The notes beneath the pieces are model-generated. The model was given only the letters and a program-made list of their open reading frames with translations. It was not told the origin of the DNA and searched no databases. The translations under genes and the position numbers were made by a program. A stretch of DNA of 64,000 bases. It comes from Glycera tridactyla (Eukaryota). Below, piece by piece: positions 15,601 through 64,000 of this stretch (its first letter is position 1; every line of letters begins with the position of its first letter). The stretch covers positions 4,092,001 through 4,156,000 of the forward strand of contig OZ286466.1 in NCBI GenBank assembly GCA_965644265.1. Direction: 5' to 3'.

Positions 15601-17739
15601 TCTACATCCCTCGACTTAATGACGTCTCGCTCGTGATTCGGCAGCGTTCAGAGGACCGTGTACACTGAAAGAGCAAGACGCAGTTTAAGTGAGCGAAATT
15701 TTAAGATAAAGTAAGTCCAAGACAGTCATAACGAACACGTGGCCTGCGGGGGAGAAGCCAAAGTAGAGCATCAAAAACAGGGCTGGGACAATGGCAGTTC
15801 ATGCAACTACATCTACATCTGAAAAAAGAAAAACACGTGGAAGTAGACTTACGAGAAGCAAGCAATAGCAGGTTTCTGAGTTCACGTTTAAATATGTAGC
15901 ATACAAGCGTGTAAATTCCATATTAAATTACTCAACAAGTGCTGTCTCCTGATGTTTAGCAGCATGAATGTATATTCCCTCATTTATGCTGGAGAAAAGC
16001 CCACTCTAGGATTAACCACATAATTGTTCATACTTGTTTTAGACATCTCATTTCATGTCTATAGATGGGCGATTAATACCAAATAAATAGTCACCTTTTT
16101 GGTGGATTACTCATCAAATGACTATGAATAGAAAGACTGTTTCCAGCAATGATAAGAAATTCAATGAAATCAAAAATCCCATCATGTCAGCACAATTGAC
16201 ACTTGATTTTATCACTTTTGAAACAAGTGACGGATTATCATTTATTAAGCATAATAATCAATCCAGATTTACAAGACTGACATGCACTTGTCTTTTACCA
16301 TCTTTTGATTAATATTACTATCTATAATCAATCGGAAGTTCGGAGTACCGGATACATGAAGCAGAAGCTCACAGAAGAACACTATAGATGAACATGAGAA
16401 TAAACATGTATTCAAAGATAAACATGGATATGAAAAAGTGAAAGAACTCATTATCTGCTATTACTACATCCAGTGCATGGATTATCAATGAAAAGGAAAA
16501 AATATGAACCATCATGACAACTGACGAGTAAAACATGCAGAATTAGTATATGATCAACAAGGTCTAAAAATCAGTGTTATACTCAAAGTCAAAAGGGCCT
16601 GTGTTTCCGACCAGACTATTAGGCAAACCATCATCAAATCTTAACAGGCACAACATCTTTTATTTTGAACTTATTATCGGATGAAAAATAGCACTTATTT
16701 ACTGTGATTGGCATGAGAAATATATCTCCTGAGAGTTGGATGCCGTATCTGCGCATAACTCATTCTGAGAGGGTCTTATAAATAGAATAATTAACTTTCT
16801 CAACACATAAGCAACTGAAATCGCAAACATCTGAGACATTATTAGAATACTATACATATGAATAATACATCCAAAACACCATTACTAAAACTATACAATG
16901 TTCTATCAACCTATTTGGAATATTATCTAGAAAGAGTAATGAAATTTTGGTACACGCAATAAGTATTCTTCAAAATAATCAAACTGCTTTGGTGAGTGTG
17001 GATCATTTATTGTGTCCACTTTCCCCAACAATGCTTATGTGAGATCTAGGACACAGGACTGAATATTATTCATTAATAGTACATATATCTAGTAAACAAA
17101 AGTGTATAACAGATTGCAATATCAAAAATATGACCAGTGAAATCTGAATATTTAGTTCCGTTAATAACTTCTTACCCTTTAATAAATACTTTTCAATTAA
17201 GAAAATATTTGTGCTTTCACAAGCATTCAACTGACTACATTAATCATCTTTAATCACAAACCAACTATGTTCCAAGATGGCAAAGCACTTTAAAACAACA
17301 CATCTATGACTAAATCATAATAAAAAGTCAAGCAGCAAAAGAAAATGATGAGCACATTTCAATCAGAAATAATAAAACACTCCATAGTATCATCATCATC
17401 ATTACTATAATCAGTGTTATGCAGCCTTGCCTGTAGCTTAATAAACATCTTGAATACAGCATGGGCTAAGCTGATGAGCACATGAGATAATGTCCATGGA
17501 TTAGGAGGAAGACTCGTACTACTTTCTGATTACGACAGGAGTTCGTGGTGGCTTCATACAGTACATAAGTGCGTGAATCAATTCGAAATGTACGTGGTAG
17601 GATTGGCATTAATTCTCGATCAATTATGAGCCTGCATAGGAGGCCAGTCTAATAGTCTTGCCTACTGTCAGATGCCCCAATTAAACAATCAATCATTCAC
17701 TTAGTAAATCGGGAATGGTAGGGGGAGGCAACCAGGATG

Positions 17740-17794
17740 GGGACAAAGAGAAAACAAAAGGAGAACACACCATGCAGTTTTCAAATTCTTTAAT
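17740..17794 (-). promoter_or_regulatory. Candidate polyadenylation site
   Basis: Minus-strand ATTAAA at 17789-17794 followed by a GU/U-rich tract (tgtgttctccttttgttttctctttg). Confidence 0.45.
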
Positions 17795-20700
17795 AAAAAC
17801 CATGAGGTCTTTCACAGTGTACAATAAAATGGGTATTTCACAAAAGGGTTGCACAATTAACAACCTCATCACGTATGTAGGATGATCCGAGACTCCACGT
17901 CACCACCCACAGCTCACATTTACAATTTGTTCAATTAAAACCATTTTCTTCGAGCCAAGATTCGACCGACAAGTGTCTTGCTGTCCCGCAATAAATAGAC
18001 TAGTAATCAGCACGAAGTTCCCTCGTAGTAAACTAACAGCAATCACATAGTTCAATTTGATTTGTTTCATAAATATTGCCTAAAGAAAACAATCCACGAT
18101 TGCAAATTGATGCATATTTACATCGAAGGAGTAAGACACAGGAGTTATATCACACTTTATGGAATCATCGAGCTGACAGACTATTTCCGGACCAGGGCTG
18201 AATCAATTCTCGATGATGTCACCAAGATCACGCATCCTGTGCACATTTTGAATTCATCAAAGTTATCACTGGCCCAATCTTCTTGATACACGGGCAGAAT
18301 TTGTCACTAGGCTGCCTGATGAACTTCTCTATCAACCAAAAAATTGCATCAAGTGTGACATAAATGCAAAACATGCCTCGTGGATTGAGTACAATGAGAA
18401 AATTCACCCACAGCCAACAAAGCATAGATAAAAGCTTGGGTCGGTGAGCACTTCACATTTCACATAAACTCAGCTTTGTGTAGGTCAATATTTCCACTGG
18501 CCTCAGAACAGGGGTACGTTTCACCCTAATTACGACCTTGACCGACATTGGCCTGACCTACATACTCGTGGCTGGAGTACGTCCGTGAGGACAAGGTGAG
18601 TCGTGGCTACCGCCATAATTTGAGCCGATAAATAAGACTGGTGTAATCTTAACACCATCACTGCATTACACAAGTCCATAAAGAGGGAAAAAAGTCTAAC
18701 ACATCAGTGCTCACATCATACACAAACATATTTTTTGGTGAATTATTTTGCTGCCTTATTGGAACAAAGCATTCTAGAGAATTCCACTGGTTGCCTATGT
18801 CAAGAATCAGAATTGTTTCATCTAAGAAAAACTTTCAGAAAGGCAGAAAACATACAGATTCACACACAAAATATATTAAGATTACATTTCATTTACATAA
18901 AATATTCCTAAGTTTCTCGTCATGTGGCTCTTTCCACAACAGCTTCAGCCGCAAGCCAACACTGGCTACTTCCCATCAGATATTTGGCCCATTATGAACA
19001 GAAAAAGTCATTTTTTCCCTTATCTGCCGACCAATGAACCAAACTAGAAATTTCACACTCACACCTCAGTCAAGCATAATATAAATAAAACAAGGATCAC
19101 TCCGACGTCTTTCCAATGCTCGTAAAATGTGTCAGTTCTTCCAAATCAGAGCTAGATCCGCTGCAGTATATTTCTCCCGTTGATGTTCCAGTCACTTGTC
19201 ATGATTTCTTGCAGTCTACAGAGCTGATCTGGGTAACCTCAAACTAACTTCTTGAAATCGCTGGGCAAAACCAATCTGCCATATTCCATTGAGACATTCG
19301 CTACCGTAACCACTATCGGCAACTTTGGAGTTGCACAACACACAAAACACGCTCAAAACAATTCACAGCCTTGTACAGGTCATCAATCTTGGTGTTTTAA
19401 CGTACTGGTTCCTATTGGCTCACGCCAAGCACAGTAAATGACGATTGAACGGAATAATGGGTCCATCGTTTTGATAACCCTTGTCTTCATCCGATGAGAT
19501 GAATACAAACTACCCCCCTACAAGTCATTGTGTCAGATGAGCCAGACGGGGGTCAATACAAACAGAAACATTGGCATACTGATAAATGTATACACTCGAC
19601 AGAAGCGTACACACCATTCATTCAACCGCTGAAGACAGCTCATGGCGCTATAGATATACCTACAATTACAAAGCTCGCTCCACTTCCAACTGATTTGAAA
19701 TGTAACCGATCAGTAATGGTGCAAACTGCTGCATTTGAGAATTTGGGCTTTCAATGTTGAGCATGAGCTACGGGGTATTCTGAGGAAAGCCAGATGATGT
19801 TTCAACTTAGGTGTGCAAGAGAATTCAGTAGCGATGGCTCAAGTGATGACTGAGATGTACAGATCTATTGTGACGTGCAGCCTTGACATGGGAGGCAGTG
19901 TAGTGCCGAGGAGACTGAGCAGCATCTCTGTATGCCACCATGCTACTCCACCCAGTGATTAAATGCTGCATGTCTACAAACAAACACACCCTGATGGCTT
20001 CTTCAGAATGAAGACTCACTTAGCCATGATACAGCCGGCCAAATAAATGTCCTGAATTGTTGGGTGAATATATTCAGGATACAAAACTATATTTGAATTT
20101 AACCGAATCATGATGGCTGTCAAAATTCAGAGTACTTTCTCACTAACTGACAAAAGTTTTAGTGGCAGTTGCCAAAATCTACTAGGTAAAGTCCCGTACC
20201 ATTGTCAGACGGATGAATGAATGATATGGCCAACTGCTGCCGGTTCTACATTCAGCAATATATCACAGCAATTCCACGTGGATTTCATGCCGGCCACACG
20301 TCATCAAAACGGATGCATCGAACATGTGGCCAGATGCAAACAAATCTATCAAACTACCAACATCGGAAAACTGGACATGTTATATGGGTCAGTCACTGCT
20401 ACCACGGTAGTCTCAATTTTGACTTTTCTGGGTATCAAAGATTATTCTATTGAGTGAAGGCTAATTTTCAATATCATCCAATGATTCAAGGATTGCGGAA
20501 CTTTAAATATCAGTGCTCAAGTGCAAAAAGATTGTGGTAAATTGCAACTTATCAAAAATGATCTATTAGATCCAGATCAATCAAATTCTGTGCAAAGTAC
20601 AGAGGCCAAATTCCAAATTAATCTGACATTCTGGTGAGAACTGCATTGATCCCCAGAAAGTGGAATGTGCAAATTGAAATCAATCGTATTGAGAATAGCG

Positions 20701-22215
20701 ATTCTGTGATTAGTCATGTTTGACATGCATGATTTTTGGACAATAATTTCGTCGTTTATACGAGGGAGAGAGGGGAGGTCATCAATCAGCATCCAAATAT
20801 GTTCTGCTATAGAGACACAGCTCATCATGCCAGACAAACGCAATTAAAAAAACACCACGCCACAAACATAGTCAAATACAAAAGAAAATATCGCTCCAAC
20901 ATCTCCGCACCAAATATGGAAACCTGCATTATTCACCAAACAGCGGTTGTATCAACCCAACTCCTCTGTAATAATTTCTTCCTCGAGTCAAGGCATAATT
21001 TCATGTAGTCTAGGTTTATGACCCGACAACATAACGAGGTGGAAACTGAGCACTGAGCTCCAGTCTGAGTATGTCAGGGATGACAAATGACGGCCATTCT
21101 ACCGGAGGACAGTGAAAGGTCAAAATCTACCTCTTGACTCAAGGTCAAAGACAGGATTTGCCTTTCTGCTGTCACAAGGCAGACCATAAAAGTGTAATTC
21201 AAACTGCTCAGCAGTTGAAGCAATCTCTTTCCTCTGAGAATATGAAGACCATCGGCACTAAGTCTTCAAGAGGTTGATTTCTTGTTAAATAATCATGAAA
21301 TTCAAGGTCGCGACCTTCCCAATTTGCTCAGCAATGTAGTTGAAAACAGAGGAGTTGGTTGTAAGACAATATAAACACACCATGCTTGAATCACATAGAT
21401 CATATGAAGTTGTCAAGGTCATATGAAGTTGTCAGACTGCAGCTGTTTCATCATGTAGAAATCTGCCCGCAACTAGCCCCAGTTCACATGATTACCATGG
21501 TAATCTGACGACACCAAGTAACCGTGGACGCAGCGACCAGTTGGGAGGCAAGACAAGATGATGGATCAAACTCAGGCACTCACCTAGGTCAAACCCTGGT
21601 CCTGCCATCAGTCTTTTTGCCAAAGTAATTTTAAATTTTTGCAAGTGCATCAATTTTGGTGCAAATAATTTCTCCAGATCACCAAACATGTCTGAAGTCA
21701 GTCGCTTCAAACTATGCACTGGATCCTGGGGAAATCGGAAATGAATTTTGGCAAAGTGGTAGGACAAGGGTTTATATTCACCAAGGATGGGGCTGGCATG
21801 AGTGCATTTTCTCATGATTTGACCCAAAGATAGACCCAAATATCTTTGTCAAAAATGATCCTGTTCTCTCTCTCTCACACTCTAGTAGCCCGTGCACTAC
21901 TCTGCTGCCACACCGGTAACCATGGAAACGCTCCCAATCGCATCATGCTTCTTCATATCTGGATCAATCTTCCAAATATAGCCACCCAGCTCTATTCTGT
22001 CAAGCCACTATGGTATATTGTTCAATTATTCAGCCTTACAAGTCCAGAGAAATCAAGCCAACAGGTGTTCAGAAATACTGGTGTGAAAGTGTGCTGATGT
22101 AGCCACGCACTGATCGGCCAAGCACAACTGTGACATCAGGCCTTCATTCTTATACTGATTCAGCAAGGACAATGCTGCCATCACAGCACTGCAGTGTCAC
22201 CGATAACAATACAGT

Positions 22216-22229
22216 GTTGCCATGGCAAC
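22216..22229. promoter_or_regulatory. Perfect RFX X-box palindrome
   Basis: GTTGCCATGGCAAC; a second X-box-like site GTAACCATGGAAAC lies at 21916-21929. Confidence 0.4.
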
Positions 22230-22668
22230 ATAATGATGTTGCTGGGTGATGGACTAGTCCTCAGCTCTATCCTAATGCATGCACATTCTCTCAAGACAAA
22301 CCAAAGCCAGTCTTAACGAGGAAGTCTGGTGACGTTACATAACGTCACCCGTCTCCAGTTCTACACGCTGCTCTTGGCACTCTTGTCACACTTGTTCTGA
22401 CTGAGTCTTCGTCCAGCTTCTGCTCACCTCTTGCAAGAGGTCTCTAGGACCTCTTTGCCCTCTCCATAAACAGAAGGCAGTGCACATGAGAATAAGCACT
22501 ACTGTATTGCTGATGCAAAAAAATATGAAGCTCTTTGTTGAATGAATGCAAGAAAAATATGCAATTTCTAGCATTATCATGACTTGCCAAACATCCTCAT
22601 CCCTCTTCAAAACAAACTCAACTGTTGTGAGATGAGATGCAGCACAAAATGTTTTTGTGATTGCGTTT

Positions 22669-22674
22669 TTTATT
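22669..22674 (-). promoter_or_regulatory. Candidate polyadenylation signal for the read-through SERCA isoform
   Basis: Minus-strand AATAAA about 1.7 kb downstream of the stop at 24400. Confidence 0.3.
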
Positions 22675-24172
22675 AAATGCACTTGGATAGATAATCAAAG
22701 CTGTAGGCATTTACTCTTGTGACAATAAATCTGATTCAGTAGTGTTCACATCTGTGTTGATGCAAGCTAATCAAATGAAGGTTAACAAGTCAGCAGTGTA
22801 GAGGTTATCCGGTCGGCAAAAGCACAAAAAAAGCTCTTGTATCTAATGACCAGCTGGTAAGTAAACTAGCAGAACAAGCTGAAGAGTATGACTACGAGGA
22901 AAATAAAAACAGTCCTTCAACTCGGGAGAGAAGACGATCATAGCTCAGCTCTCTCCACCACAACTGATCCATCACAGTCAATTCTAGAAGTGAACCAGTG
23001 ATGATAGCTGGATATATGACCTCTGAGAGACAGGTCGTGACCTTCACTCTTACTGCAACCACATCCAACCTGATTGAGAATGAATGCAGACATAGCTGCA
23101 TCTGTGCCGTTTTAAGGCTGAGGTGGTCACAACGCTAGTCAGATCTTGACCCAGTCTCTGGATGCCATCATCTACGACTCTCTCTCTCTCTCTCTCTCAC
23201 GAGTTGATGAACCGTTCTTAACCCCCGCATCTCTTCTCAGATCGGGTCTCATCCCACACCTACTGATCCAAACATTACAGGCCTAAGGAATACCTGTCTA
23301 CGATCTTCATGGCCCATGAGTATGGCACTTGAATCTAAATATTCTTATAAGACGCCAGTGGTGGATGGATGGAGAGAAGGTGTTTGCCAACACCCATGAT
23401 TTCTATCTCCTAGTGTAAAGGCCTGTGCGATGTCAGAAGCTTGGTTAGGCCGGAAATGGCTTGTAAACAGCTGTGAACGTGTTTCCATTAACTTATTTGA
23501 TTACTATAGTCTATGCCACATGTGTATAGTGGCGAGCATGATGAAAGGAACTATAGTTGCCTCTACTGATGCCACACATTGTAACAACAATGTTCACAAA
23601 TCGAGGGGGGAGGGGGCAAGCGAGAGCGAGATAATGCCCTGGGCAAGCATCATGTGCTCTGTTATATTTACAACTTGAGTATCAGCTGGATGAGATGGGA
23701 ATGACTATAGAATGTGACGTGAAATGAATACCGGAGGAAGGGAACATCGCAGTCACCGGCCACAAACACACATGGTGTGGCCGCAGTGGCTCATCTTTAA
23801 AGCCATAATATTCATGAGACCAAAAATGTGAGAGTTGAATTTTTTTGATACTCTCAGTCAGAATCTGATCTGACCAAGAAAAAACATCTGAAAGCCAAAT
23901 TTGGTGGAACCATATTCATTTCTGAATATATGATCCCTAATTGTTGTGGACTCATTTCCCCATTATATGGTCCCTTACTGCAGTCGACACGTGTGTGCAG
24001 TCGAGCGTGGCTAGTATGTGGCATCAGTCAAGAGGGGTTCGTTCCTCGCATGTTTAGAGACATCTCGGGACATGGCGTGAAGCCACATGGATGGGATATC
24101 TTAAAACATGTGGAGCATGCAACCCGATTCACCAAGGTCATGTGCAGTCACAAGTACATTGATGACTTCATT

Positions 24173-24357
24173 CTAGCCTCCAACCAGAACAGCTGGGGAA
24201 TTCCAACTACTGCACTTGTATTGGGCAAGCACTTGGACTTGAGGAAATCGGGCGCAGGACTCCCTTGGTACCGGGTAGCAACAGAAGGCGGCACAGGCTG
24301 AGAGAGGCGGTTTGCACACCCCACATTTATCTGATTTTACCCAGAAAGAAGTTGAAG
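24173..24357 (-). CDS. Candidate alternative terminal SERCA exon (Cys-rich tail)
   Basis: Strong acceptor ctctttcttcttctgcag, phase 1 compatible with the 24483 donor, open for about 60 codons. No independent support. Confidence 0.35.
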
Positions 24358-24399
24358 CTGCAGAAGAAGAAAGAGTCCACTTCATAGAATTATATCATA

Positions 24400-64000
<39,601 letters not shown>

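Noticed and set aside
6-17000. Short ORFs, including 6-449 and 2108-2499
   Set aside because: No recognisable domains or consistent exon chain; possibly decayed mobile DNA, but I cannot name a family.

Overview
Animal genomic DNA (invertebrate-like; species not determinable). From about 24.4 kb to the window end it holds the 3' three-quarters of a minus-strand SERCA gene (P2A Ca2+-ATPase), truncated at its 5' end. I reassembled 11 single-copy exons by hand; all have GT-AG boundaries and compatible phases, and they include the IPEGLP, DKTGT, KGAPE, DPPR and TGDGVND motifs. The notable feature is two arrays of duplicated, apparently mutually exclusive exons. Four 124-nt variants of an N-domain exon lie at 55789-57311, and seven 134/137-nt variants of the luminal L7-8 loop/M8 exon lie at 30953-42451. 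An alternative C-terminus is also possible (read-through 11th-TM tail versus an internal donor), giving at least 4 x 7 x 2 = 56 possible pump isoforms from one gene. The introns hold several MITEs, a Helentron-like element with 147-bp tandem units, long palindromes and a 375-N assembly gap. I found no supportable gene in 1-17 kb. Rabbit SERCA1a residue numbers are from memory. Isoform usage is inferred from genomic sequence only.
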